The position numbers were made by a program, and so were the translations under genes. DNA of 64,000 nucleotides from positions 46,996,001-47,060,000 of the forward strand of contig NC_134482.1 in assembly GCF_964194025.1 (NCBI RefSeq), written 5' to 3'. This document shows positions 14,100 to 26,786 of this stretch, in pieces. How positions within the stretch are numbered: position 1 is the first letter of the stretch; each line of letters opens with the position of its first letter. The notes beneath the pieces are model-generated. The model was not told the DNA's origin. It was given only the letters and a program-made list of their open reading frames with translations, and ran no database searches. The DNA is from Convolutriloba macropyga. Its lineage: Eukaryota.

Positions 14100-17000
14100 G
14101 GAGTTCAATAGAACGGCACGTTTCATTATTTCTAACAACGTAATTTGTTATTAATTAATCTGAGTGCCGAGCAATCTTAATCATGGCGATTGACAGTTTT
14201 GACAGTTTGTTTTATTCTTTTGACGAGTTCAGTTAATCGATGATCGTGCGCGGTGGGCCAAAATTTTTTGAACGTTATTTCTGTTGCAAAATTTTTTGAC
14301 TTTATCTCTAGCTTTGCATCGAGCATGATCCATGCGTATTGTCCTCGTTACATCTTGGATTGAGATGTACTTATATAAAAAGCGTTCGATGTAAATTGCA
14401 TTTGAGTTATTATATAGCTTAAGGGAGGGAAACTTCAAAAAATGGTCAATGCATGCAAGGAAGTACACTTCTCTGTCCTAGCGTCTTATAGTGAGCCACC
14501 AAAAACAATTTTTTTTCTTCATTTTGTCCGACGCACGATTTGATTGGGAACCTTTTTGTTTTTGGTATCCTGATCGTTGTTACCGAACTCGGTACAGGGC
14601 GGCCTTTTTTGGAATTTTTGATGAGGTCTCTATATATGAGGGGGACCACAACCAGTGGACTAGTTTGGTCATGCCCACATGAAACTGGGTGTGTCGCGTG
14701 TAGTACTTCGATGAATACCTCCTTCATAGTGTGAGTGTGTGGAATTGTAAATTTGTTGTCTAGCCGAAGTTACTCATTGTATACATTGAGTTTGTTGTAG
14801 GTGCATTCATTTGATTGCTGACCGCCTACCATCTTTGTCCTTTTGAAGAACAAAGTTCCAAATCTCTTGTAAAACAGAATCTCCATTTGTCATTACTGCA
14901 AATAGTTTCAAGCTAAAGATGGCTCTAATTGTCCTGTCTAGCTCTTGATCTCATTTTGGTGTGTCTTTTTGATTCGGGCTCAGGAAAGCAGTAAAAGAAA
15001 TTGCTTTTTGTTTGCGTAACTGGAGCATTTTTTTGTGTGTTGTTAAGCTGTGAGCTCATTTTGTTTAAACAAAGGTTGTAACGTTTTAATAGTGAGTGTG
15101 TATTGGATGTTCAGCTTGGCAAATAATTGTGCTGTTGTTAGCTCTGTGGTTATTGGTGCTCTTACGTCATCATTCATCACACGGTTGCTTAGTCTTGTGT
15201 TGTTGCATTCGCTGCGTAGGCTGTAATTGTGTTCAGTTTGGAGTGTAGTCAGTATCATTCTTTGATATGGCGCGATTGCTTTCTGTCTTTTGGAACCGTT
15301 CCACCATTGCAGAGGTCTTTTCCGCCGGCTGCCACAAGAGCTGCCACAAGTTTGATTTCAGGAACAAGATTTTGTAGTTTTTTAATCATTTGAGGGCTCC
15401 AGTGGGTCTCTTTTGCGTGATCTTCCACCTTGATCACCTTGATGGATTCCATTTATCTTTTTTATTATAGCGTCCACTTCTGCTACAACAAATTCTTGGT
15501 CGTATATGCGGGGGTAACGTGAGATTTAGTCTGCAGGTCTCGATTTTGATCCATCCATGTATTCATTTTAGAAATGGAAGGGGATTATTCTGTCGCACAA
15601 GTGTTTTAACTGGCTGCGGTGGGCTTTTCTGCTCTTTCTTTTAGGATGGATCTCAGCGCCAAATTGTCTGCTTATATTGCAAAGAATTGACCGTAAAATC
15701 AATGTTTGAAGTGTTTTTGGTCGAGATTACACCAATTAGTTCGATATTTTTCTTCATCGTTGTCTAAAAAAAACGTAATGCGTATGGTATGGTTTCCCAA
15801 CCTTTACTTGTTTCCTGGTCAAGTACTGCTCCTAGTAATGATCGTGATGCATCCATACGAACTGTTGTTTTTTATTGTACAATTGTAGTGTAGCTTCTTG
15901 TGTTGTTTTAGTTTTCAAATGCTGCCTGATGGTTGGGTTCCAGGTGCAATTGTTGTCCCTTTTCAGAAGGCCGCTGAATTCTTTACATTGTGTTGCGTGG
16001 TTGGGTAAGCACTTGGTTAGGTAGTAGACGCTACCTAAGAACGAGTTTAGTTGCTCCCGTCTTACTGATTAGTGCTTTGATACCTTGTTGGTTGATTTCG
16101 TAACCCAGCCATTCGACTTGTATTTACTCAAAATGACATTTTTCAAGGTTTATTGCGAGGTCTTTGTCGCGTTTTTTTGACCATTTTATTACTTTTTCTG
16201 TGAGATTTTGAAATACCCCTCTTAACACTATGATTATGTCACCTAGGAAGCTGAATGTGTCTCTGAGACCCATTAGTGTTTTGTCGGTTGTCTTTTAAAA
16301 TTCGACAGGCATACATGTTAGTCCGTCAAAGCCTGTTACAAATTGGTTATTTTTGCTGGCTTGATCATCTATTAAGTTGAAATTGCATTTCTTGTTGATT
16401 CATGTAGGGTCAATTGGTTGTACGTGGATCATAGGTCGATGGTTGAGAAAAGTACTTCTTCACCATGAGACGATTTTGACTTTGATTTTGCCTTGCTATC
16501 AAGAAACATCGATGTTGTTCATTTGATATTTGTTCTTGTGTCCGGTTTTGTTGATTACCCTGGACTGCAGAGCTTGCTTGATAGTTGTTCTTCTCTTCGG
16601 ACCCGTTCTTACAGTTGATGATATGCAGTTTTTGTTATTTTGCTTTTCCTTGTTAGTTTTTCAATTACTCTTTAAACGGTTATTGTAATTGGATGGGTAT
16701 TCTTCATCCTCGTTGATGAAAGGGTCTGACATTGTTTTTGAGCTTGGATTTGACCGTTTGGTTTTCTGGCTGCCCTATGCGTGATATGAGACAGTGAAAC
16801 GTTTTTCTATTTCTTGATTTTGATTTTTACCTTCCAAATTTTATATCATGTTTATGTTCTTACCTTCCGTGCAGAATCCGCCATTACCCAAAATTTGGTG
16901 TTACCAATTTTAATATGTAGTTGAGTAGGCGTCCTCTGTGGGGGAGATGGGCTTGACTCTATAGTCATTGTTCGAGTCCTCGTGTGATTCGTTCACGTTG

Positions 17001-18063
17001 GTGTTTAGAATTACTATGTTTATTCTTTCTTCTATTTGTGTCTGCTCATCTTCTGTGAATTCGTTGATGTTGCTTGAGATGTACCTGTTCAGGTTAGACT
17101 AGAAAATTTTTCAAAATGAATTGGTTTTTTGCAGCGACTGCTTATCTGTCCAAGCGCATTGCTTTTCGCACTGTGGTCTTGTTTCGACGATTGTCCACAA
17201 TTTTGGCAATTGTGCTGCAGTTGCTGTTGTGGTTGTCGTCCGGATTGAATATATCCTCCTCTGGATTGTCTTGGGTTACCGCGCTATCCAGAACTTGAGA
17301 TAGCTAGTATTGGTTCTTATCTTCCTACTATAGAGACCACTGAAGGGTGTGAATTTTTCTGAATATGGATTGCTAATTGGCTTCTCGCACCTAGTTTTAA
17401 CATAATGGCTAGTTTTTTTGCCTTATCCGGGCAAGTGCTATCTTCAATTGTTCATTTTGTATTTCTGGTTTGTTTATATTTGCCATGAAGATGCCTGTTA
17501 AAGTTCCCCTAGAACTTCGACTTGAGAGACTGCTGGTTGCTGAGGGTTCTATTTGTTTTGATCATCAAAGAAGATATGAAATTTGAGAAAAACATCGACG
17601 CTTGCTATTTGACATGCTCTGGTCCAGTAGCCGGATTCTCGCTTTTTCTCTCTGACAATTTGACAACTGAACTTTGAGATGGCTGTTCACACGTCAAACC
17701 CATGCCTCGAAATATGCTATATTCTGTTCTGTAAAAGGTCAAAGCTGGCAAACAGTTTTTTCAGCAGAGTAGTGCTTGATAAGTTTTGCTTCACGTGGAA
17801 GTGAACTTTGAGTTCCTGTTTTGATCGATTTCTGGTCTTTTTCTTCCAGCTGAAAATATCCGAAAGAAATCAACCTATTTCATTCAATTTATATGTCTAT
17901 CTATCAAAGTAGTCTCTGAAACTGATAACCTGCGAGACTCCAAGGAAAAACAACTCCCATTTTCTATAATTTAGGGAAATGTAGTTATTTTTGCATCACT
18001 GTCAATGTCTTCCGAAGTGAATTGTGAGCTTTTCGGAGATTGTTTTAACAAGATCGAAATTGT
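14100..18063 (-). mobile_element. Decayed Ty3/Gypsy LTR retrotransposon internal region (gag-RT-RNase H-integrase)
   Basis: Minus-strand motifs in RT-RH-IN order: TGFDGLTCMPVEF and FLGDII (RT, about 16.2-16.35 kb), EWLGYEI, MDASRSLLGAVLDQE..GWETIPYALRF (RNase H, about 15.8 kb), LHATHP and IRMDHARC (integrase, 14.3-14.7 kb). Many stops and frameshifts; cut off by the gap. Confidence 0.85.
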
Positions 18064-18248
18064 NNNNNNNNNNNNNNNNNNNNNNNNNNNNNNNNNNNNN
18101 NNNNNNNNNNNNNNNNNNNNNNNNNNNNNNNNNNNNNNNNNNNNNNNNNNNNNNNNNNNNNNNNNNNNNNNNNNNNNNNNNNNNNNNNNNNNNNNNNNNN
18201 NNNNNNNNNNNNNNNNNNNNNNNNNNNNNNNNNNNNNNNNNNNNNNNN
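18064..18248. other. Assembly gap (185 N)
   Basis: Run of N. Confidence 1.
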
Positions 18249-19210
18249 CAGAATTGTCAGCGGCAATTCAGTACAGTTACCGGACGCAAAGTGCACCAAA
18301 CAAGATTCTGCAAAGCCGGTTTGTCAAAGAATGTCGTCGACAAGTCAAAGTTCGAGCAACTAGAGGCGAGCCTTACCTGTGACAAGTGTGAAAAAAAGTT
18401 CAAAACAGTCAATGGCCGAAAAGTTCACCAATCGAGATACTGTGGCAAACCTAAAGCAGTTGCCACACGCGTGTTTTCCTGCAAAGTACAAGATGTTCTC
18501 GGAAACGAGTTTGAAAACATAGAAGCGTTCAAGTATCTCGGATCATATGTCAGCCTCAAGCATGGAGACCTGCAGGAAGTCAATTGCAAACTTGCAGAAG
18601 GTAGACAACGGTTTGCTAACTTCCAAAATCTCTGGAAGAGCAAGCAGCTCAGCGTGCACCTCAAGTGCAATTTGTACAACGCACTCGTTTTATCAGCCGT
18701 GCTGTACAGCTCAGAGACTTGGACTCTTTCGAAATTAATGGAGAGAAAACTTGAGAGTTTCCACTGTGGTTGTCTTCGGAGAATTCTACGTGTGTCATAT
18801 CTGGAGAAAGCAACGAACGAAGAAATTATGTCAAGATCACGAATGCTTCAACTATCCACGATGATCATGCTCAAACGGATAAAATGGTACGGACACATCC
18901 AGAGAATGGAACCAGGAAGATTAGCCCGCAGTGCCTTCGATTGGGACCCGCCCGATCAATACGTCCATGCTAGACGCGCTCCTGGGGGGCAACGGAAAAC
19001 GTGGATGAGTCAAATCGAAGGAGACTGTGTACGAAACAAAGTATCGTTCTCCAGATTGCAGGAGAAAGCAGCAACCGGGTAAAAGAATGCCTTCAACAAT
19101 TTTGTCGTACAGCACTTCACAGAAAAACCAAACAAATAACTCTTCTTATTTTGTTTGTATTTGTTGTCAACCGTGCCTTTATTTCATATTTGGAATTAAA
19201 GTGTTGAAAC
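18249..19210 (+). mobile_element. 3' portion of an RTE-like non-LTR retrotransposon (RT C-terminus/thumb) with two zinc-finger motifs
   Basis: Open frame to 19082 with FKYLGS, LYNALVLSAVLYSSETWTL, FHCGCLRRIL, WYGHIQRM and GGQRKTW, all RTE-type motifs. The 3' end abuts (AGT)n. Confidence 0.9.
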
Positions 19211-22200
19211 AGTAGTAGTAGTAGTAGTAGTAAAAGACTCAATTCCAAAACAGGAGTGACGAGATCATTTAGTCCAGGCATCAGGAGAAATTAGGAGCGA
19301 CAATTTTTACAAAAACATTTCACAAAATAAGAACAAGTGATATCAATGTTAAAATGAGAAGTTTCTTCAATTAGGAAAATATGTAACTTAGTAAGAATTA
19401 TGCCCAGCGGCATTTCGAATTTAATAACTTTTAGTTTTATCAGTTATTTTACTCATCTGGTGGCCCTGTCAGAAAATTTATCTTCAGAGCAAAACTTCTG
19501 CGTTTTAGGCACACTAAACAGTCCAAGACTCGATGACCTTGTGTTGAAAAAACTATTTTGTATTTCACTCTCAACCTCAGCTTGTTTATTGATCATTTTT
19601 CCAAGCAGCACCATATCTGACTGAATCATTTGATAGCAAACTGGTAAGAAAAAAGTCTCTGAAGTCCAAAAACATAAACGCGATCAGAAATAATCCATCT
19701 GAAAACTATTGATTGAAATTTTTCCAGCTTGCGCATATAGGTTACGGCAGGCTGCCATACAGAACATCCGCAAAGAAGGATGGAGAAGACGAGGTTTTGA
19801 TACAACAAAATTTACCTCCTTTTTGAGATCGTGAAAGGCACGTTTCGCCTTATAAAATAGAAATTTTTTTGCATTTAGCTAATTTTGTATCAATGTGACG
19901 CTGCCAGCTAAAATTACTCGATATGGTGAAGCCAAGGTCTTCAATATAGGTAATATAATCGAGTGCTGTCTCACCTAGTTTTAATACTTGCGAAGGGTAA
20001 AAATTAAAAGGTAAATGTTTACATTTAGACGGATGAAAGCTCAATCAATTTAAAACTGGCCACTGCTGCAAGGCGTTAAGGTCTTGTTGTATAAATTGTG
20101 ACTCGCAGCATGTGGAAACTTTCAAATCATCAGCGTACAAAAATACGATCCATATGAGATTACCTTTGGCATATCATTGATAAATAACAGAAAAATAATT
20201 GGTCCAAGGACACTGCCTTGTGGTACACCAGATGTCACATTGCAGAAAGGAGAGAAAGTGTCATTCACGTTGACTCACTGTAAGCGATCAAAAAGAGAAG
20301 ACTCCAAAAACACCATAAAACATGGACAGACGCCGCGAACATGATGTTCAGACAGCAAAAAGTGATGAGGAACAGTGTCAAAGGCCTTCCTGATGTGAAA
20401 ATAAACTGAAAGGGCAGGAGAACTATTGTCCTGAGATTTATAAACAATATCTAATAAATCAGTCATTTGAGTTACACTGCTCCTTGATTTCATTAATCCT
20501 TGTTGTTGTTTGCCAATAAAAAACTTCACCTTTGGATAAAAAAATCAAACAAAATGCGATCGAATACCAACGACAGTTTACACGAAACACTTATTGGACG
20601 ATAGTTTTCTACCAAGTTCAGTGGTCCCGTTTTATGAAAGGGCGTAATATACGTTATCTTCCATTAAGAAGGTCAGGTGCAATATTTGGTAACCCAGTAA
20701 AAGAGTAGTTGAACTGCTGGAGATAAAATAGTCGCACACTGACGAAGAACGATTGAAGGAATGTTATCAGCACCAATAGAGCTCAAACCATCACAGTGCA
20801 ATAATAAGGTTCTTATCTCTGTTTCTGAAAACGTCACGTTGTCTATACACAACTCTGGTTAAAACTCATAATAAGCTGGCACATCATCTTTAATTTTGGG
20901 AGAAAAAACGGAACCAAAGAGAGTATTAAAACCGTTTGCGATCTCAGAGCTAGAGGACAGAGACACTCCGCTATAAGACATTACAGAAGGAAAAGACTTA
21001 CTGAAGCCAAGTTGTCTCTGCAGCCTAAAACAGTGAAAAAAACATGGAAGGTTGAATTTTCCAATGAAAATTTGCTTGTCCAGTTCAATCGACTCGTTAA
21101 GAGATTTATTAAGTTCTCTTTGTTTTAGTGAGAGCAAAAGTGTCCAGTTTTTTTAAAGCTTACGGAGGTTAGTCTCTTTCTGATTCAAGAGATGCTTTGT
21201 AATTGAGGAGAAAAAGATTGGCACATTACGTTGCTTAGCTCTTTTCATGAAATAGAAAATTTTTTGCATTTAGCTAATTTTGTATCAATGTGACGCTGCC
21301 AGCTGAAATTACTCGATATGGTGTAGCCAAGATCTTCAATATTGGTAATATAATCGAGTGCTGTCTCACCTAGTTTTAATACTTGCGAAGGGTAAAAATT
21401 GAAAGGTAAATGTTTACATTTAGACGGATGAAAGCTCAATCAATTTAAAACTGGCCACTGCTGCAAGGCGTTAATGTCTTGTTGTATAAATTGTGACTTG
21501 CAGCATGTGAAAACTTTCAAATCATCAGCGTACAAAAATACGATCCATATGAGATTACCTTTGGCATATCATTGATAAATAACAGAAAAATAATTGGTCC
21601 AAGGACACTGCCTTGTGGTACACCAGATGTCACATTCCAGAAAGGGGAGAAAGTGTCATTCACGTTGACTCACTGTAAGCGATCAAAAAGAGAAGACTCC
21701 AAAAACTCCATAAAACATGGACAGACGCCGCGAACATGATGTTCAGACAGCAAAAAGTGATGAGGAACAGTGTCAAAGGCCTTCCTGAAGTGAAAATAAA
21801 CTGAAAGGGCAGGAGAACTATTGTCTTGAGATTTATAAACAATTTCTAATAAATCAGTCATTTGAGTTACACTGCTCCTTGATTTCATGAATCCATGTTG
21901 TTGTTTGCCAATAAAAAACTTCACCTTTGGATAAAAAAATCAAACAAAATGCGATCGAATACCAACGAAAGTTTACACGAAATACTTATTGGACGATAGT
22001 TTTCTACCAAGTTCAGTGGTCCCGTTTTATGAAAGGGCGTAATATACGTTATCTTCCATTAAGAAGGTCAGGTGCAATATTTGGTAACCCAGTAAAAGAG
22101 TAGTTGAACTGCTGGAGATAAAATAGTCGCACACTGACGAAGAACGATTGAAGGAATGTTATCAGCACCAATAGAGCTCAAACCATCACAGCGCAATAAT

Positions 22201-24396
22201 AAGGTTCTTATCTCTGTTTCTGAAAACGTCACGTTGTCTATACACAACTCTGGTTAAAACTCATAATAAGCTGGCACATCATCTTTAATTTTGGGAGAAA
22301 AAACGGAACCAAAGAGAGTATTAAAACCGTTTGCGATCTCAGAGCTAGAGGACAGAGACACTCCGCTATAAGACATTACAGAAGGAAAAGACTTACTGAA
22401 GCCAAGTTGTCTCAGCAGCCTAAAACAGTGAAGAAAACATGGAAGGTTGAATTTTCCAATGAAAATTTGCTTGTCCAGTTCAATCGACTCGTTAAGTGAT
22501 TTATTAAGTTCTCTTTGTTTTAGTGAGAGCAAAATTGTCCAGTTTTTTTAAAGCTTACGGAGGTTAGTCTCTTTCTGATTCAGGAGAGGCTTTGTATGGG
22601 ACGAGAAAAATATTGGCGCATTACGTCCTTGGCTCTTTTCATTTTAACACATTGACTAAAATTTTCTTGCAGATAAAAATACCAGCGCTCAGGATAGTCC
22701 AAAGTCTTGATATCGTTGAACGTTAGAAATTTGAACAAGTCAGAAAGATAAAAGCTGAAAGCTCGCGCATTGATGACGAGCGTGAAAAACCTGACATAAA
22801 TTTAGCATCAATTAGATCGAAGTTAAAAGAAAACAAACTTGGATAATGGTCGGAAAAAAGTTGGGTTCCAATAGATTGAGGTAAATGATCCACATTAGTC
22901 AAGATAAGATCCAACGTGTTCTGACCGTTGTGAGTGGGACCGCTAACAAACTGACTCAAATTAAGTTCGTCAAGTAAATCTACAGACTTAAGTTCCTGAG
23001 AATTAATCAATGTCTGTGTTTCCCAACTGATACCGGGAAGATTAGAATCACCGAGCACATAAATATAAACTGTTGTCGTAGGCAAATAGTTGCTGACTAA
23101 ACACTTGATTTTCGCTAGATATTGATTAAGGCAATCAGTGAGCAAATCGATGTCGAAGTGAAATGGATATCCGACTTGGGGTTTGTTTATCAAAATGAAA
23201 AACGACGGTATGCTATCTAGAAGGCCACGGGCAACAGAGAAAATATATTGTGGTAATTTAACATCAATTTCTTGTGTTTGGATGCAATTAGAAGCAGCAG
23301 TGAGAACACCTCCGTGTTCCTTTTTGCTGCGATCGGAACGTGGCAAAACGTTGAAATGAGGTCCTAGTAATACTTCTGAATCAAAAATGCTTTCAGAGAG
23401 CTATGTTTCAGTTGAAAATATTCAGGAAATTGATGATGGCGTCATTATTCTAATCAATTCTTGAGGTTTGGACAAGCTGCAAATTGTCTGACAATTGAGA
23501 AGCAAGCAGTTGGCTAGTGTTAGTCACTTACTGCTCATTTCAACTTCACGCCCTTTATAATAAACTTTCAAATTCTTTATCCGAAAGTCTTCTTTATTTT
23601 TTCTTTTCTGATGAATCATATGGAAGTTCTTCCCGAGTACATATTTCTCCTTCTGTCTTTCATGGGATAACAAAAACCTTTTTTGTACACAAGTTTTAGT
23701 AACTTTTGCAGGTACTGACTTCTGGCGAAGCAATTCTGAAGGAAAAGGGGATTGGAAGTTCTGATAAGTATATGATGGCAGTTCAGGGGATTGAATTTTT
23801 GCCTAGTCGTCTAACAGCTGTCACATTTTTGTCACAAGCTAACCCCATATGCGATATTATTTTTCTGACCTCCATCGATTCCTTCTCGATTTGCTTCATA
23901 TACGAGTCTTCAGATTCAGTAACACCTTTTATAATAAACTGCAGATCAGGTTTTTTTCTGAGCGTTTGAGCGACCTGAACTAATGTCAGCGTAGGATGCT
24001 AAGGTGTCATTAACAGCTTTGCTGACGTCATCGTGTAAACGACTAGTAATAGACTTTTTAACAGCTTTAGGAATTAATTCTGCAATTGATGATGTAAATT
24101 TGTTACTTAAGGAATCAAATAAGTCATGCAACTTAGCTTCTGTTTTTGAAGAAGTGAAGATATAGTAATTCTGCTCGACACACGAGTCACAAAGCCACAC
24201 ACAATTGCGTTTAGCTCCAAGCTATTTAACTTCTTCCTCGGAGAGGTGAGCACAGGTACCATGAAACCAAAGTTGACATTTTTCGGACCCAATCGCAGAA
24301 CCGTCATCCTCTTTGACTCCTTTCTTGCATTGGCCGCATTTGACTGATGTCTTAGTAGAGTTAACTCTTTGATTCCTTGATCCCATTGTTCAAGCA
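19211..24396 (-). mobile_element. Near full-length decayed CR1/L2-group LINE (element A): PHD-finger ORF1 plus APE-RT ORF2, (TAC)n tail
   Basis: ORF1 from ATG at 24386: CGQC..EKCQLWFHGTC..WLCDSC (PHD). ORF2: LLNCQTI, GGVL, GDSNLP, TLDLILTN, SDHY (APE); [25 protein letters not shown] (RT). Tail at 19211-19231. Confidence 0.9.
19854..22643. repeat. 1395-bp internal tandem duplication in ORF2 of LINE A
   Basis: ORF pairs offset by exactly 1395 bp (19850/21245, 20275/21670, 20859/22254). Confidence 0.95.
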
Positions 24397-25403
24397 TAGT
24401 AGTAGTAGTAGTAGTAAAAGACTTAAATTCCAACAAAAGGAATACATAGTAAAAGAAAGACATGACAGTACAAATTAACAAAGCACAGTAGCAAATTAAT
24501 ATCTGCAGTCCACACAGCGACATTTAAGAAAATATGTACATGGCCGAAAGTAATTAACAGAAAGTGTTTTGGCTATGAGAAAATTTTCTAAATTCTTACA
24601 AAAAATATTGAAAGATGACCTAAAGTCAATGACGTTGATAGAAATTAAGTAATTTGCGGAGTGGATAGTTCGACTAAGAAAACAGTTGTCAGTTTTGAAT
24701 TTTTTGTTCAACGGTTGTTCAAAAAAAAGTTTTGACTGATCCTCGGGAGCTGAGTGTCGTATTATTGACATGCAGCTTTAAGTCACTCTCCATTGTTCCA
24801 TGCCAAGTTTTCCATAGTAGAATAAGGTCAGCTCGTGCAATTTGATAGCAAATTGGATACAAATTTAGTTTTGAAAGTGTCTCGTTGTAATCCTCAGGCC
24901 TAATAACCCAGCGCAACACTTTGCGCTGAAACTTTTCTAACAATTTCAAAATACCAGTTGTAATACACCAAGCTTGGGAGCAGTAAAGTAGCACAGATAG
25001 AATCATCGTTTGGTACAACGTTTTCTTGCGGAGAATAGAAACTGAAACGGTATGCTTCTTTTCAAAAAAATTACAAATTTTATTACATTTCGCAAGTTTC
25101 GTCTTAACATGTGTTGTCCAACAGAGATCTTCAGTAATTAGCATTCCCAAATCCATAATCTCTCTAGTGAAAAGAATTTCCGCTTCTAGAAATATGGGAG
25201 ACTGGCTGCATTTAAAGTTCATCGCTTTACACTTTTCTGGATGAAATTCAAGTTGATTTTTGCGTGACCATTCATAAAGACCATTGATGTCACATTGCAG
25301 ACCTTCGAAACAATCAACGCTTAGCAGCTTTAGGTCGTCCGCATATAAGTAAACATGGGAGTTTTGCACATGGTCAACAAGATCGTTCATGTACAAGATA
25401 AAC

Positions 25404-26626
25404 GCTAAAATATTAGTTCAAATCATAATTTTGACTAAATGAGAATGCATAGGGCAAAAAACATTTTGTGCATGACAAAACGAAATTTGCAAAACCTCCA
25501 CAAGAGGGATACTTATGGTTAGGGCAAATTCGGAATAACCCTAAAAATACAAGAACATGGACCAAAAATCAATATCCAGAGGAATGGTCTTCAAAAATTG
25601 TGAATCAGACTCTAGAAAAAATAATAAGTGGCGGTAAAGACCAATTAAGACAGAAATTCCAGAAATTGGTTCAAGAACGCGAGAAATCTCCTTCAGAAGG
25701 GTCATCTGAGCAAGAGGAAGGACTTGGTAGTGTGGCACGAAATCTAATGATAAGCAAACTATTTTTCTACAATACAGAGGCAACCTCACTCAAAACTTCG
25801 CAAGCAAATTGAAGAAACTATGCGAATTGCAAGTAGTTTTTACAACGCGAAAATTAAGATCGTGCCTCCCCACCCTGAAATCATCCTTTGATAGAGATCT
25901 GAAATTCCACGTGGTATATGAAATTAAATGTAATGGATGCGGATCCATCTTTGTTGGGCAAACAAGCCGGCATGTTACCACAAGGATAACAGAACATCAA
26001 AAGAAGGATTCACAGGTGGGTCAACATCTAGTTGAATGTCGTGGCGCCACGAATGACATTGAATGGAGAATTCTGGACGCCTGTCGGTCAGTAGAAAAAC
26101 TAATGATCATCGAAGCTATATATATCAGCAAGCCGAAGCCGGCACTAAACACACGCGACGAATATAGGGGGAGGGAACTCACGCTAAAATATTAGTTCAA
26201 ATCATAATTTTGACTAAATGAGAATGCATAGGGCAAAAAACATTTTGTGCATGACAAAACGAAATTTGCAAAACCTCCACAAGAGGGATACTTATGGTTA
26301 GGGCAAATTCGGAATAACCCTAAAAATACAAGAACATGGACAAAATCGAAAAATCCGGAATAGGAATGTTTTTAAGTAAATTGATAACAGATGTAAATAT
26401 GTGTTGTAAATAGGCTAAATATTGTATATAAGGAAAAATTTTCGATTGAATTTTTTAGAATGTTTCCTAGAATTGTTTTAATTGTCATCTCAGACAAATG
26501 TAAATACATATTCATTTTATCTTTTAACAATTTGTAAAACAGTTTTAACCTGACGATGAACGTAAAGTTCGAAAACGTTTGTTTTTAGTATTGGAAGTAA
26601 TTTTAATTTGACAAATTGGTTTCTTT
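25404..26626 (+). mobile_element. 5'-truncated Penelope-like element (GIY-YIG endonuclease plus pLTR)
   Basis: NQYP thumb motif; VVYEIKCNGCGSIFVGQTSRHVTTRITEH..IEAIYI..KPALN (GIY-YIG, 25809-26195). 12-bp TSD TACAAGATAAAC at 25392-25403 and 26627-26638. Confidence 0.92.
26545..26585 (+). ncRNA. Hammerhead ribozyme-like motif (minimal type I, Penelope pLTR)
   Basis: CTGACGA core, stem II GAAC-GTAAA-GTTC, GAAA, then palindromic AAACGTTT. Its position in a PLE terminal repeat is as expected. Confidence 0.65.
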
Positions 26627-26737
26627 TACAAGATAAACAGGAGTGGTCCAAGGACACTTCCTTGTGGGACACCAGATGTTAAAACGGAGGGCATACATTC
26701 ATATGGAACTATTTAATAAGTTTATCACAACAATTAG

Positions 26738-26786
26738 ATGCAGTCGGAGACTTAATTGATAAAAAACGACGAAAAGAATTGACCCA
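26738..26786 (+). CDS. Candidate upstream exon of the host gene (DAVGDLIDKKRRKELT)
   Basis: AG acceptor and GTAAAT donor. The phase-2 end fits the candidate exon at 28523. Confidence 0.3.

Larger units (their letters stand above)
24397..26680 (-). mobile_element. 5'-truncated CR1/L2-group LINE (element B), interrupted by Penelope
   Basis: (TAC)n tail at 24397-24415. ORF 24719-25396 has YADDLKL and [24 protein letters not shown] is split across 25403/26627. Confidence 0.9.

Noticed and set aside
18005-18382. ORFs spanning the N gap as continuous proteins
   Set aside because: Artefact of reading through Ns. The left side is Gypsy gag on the minus strand and the right side is RTE on the plus strand.
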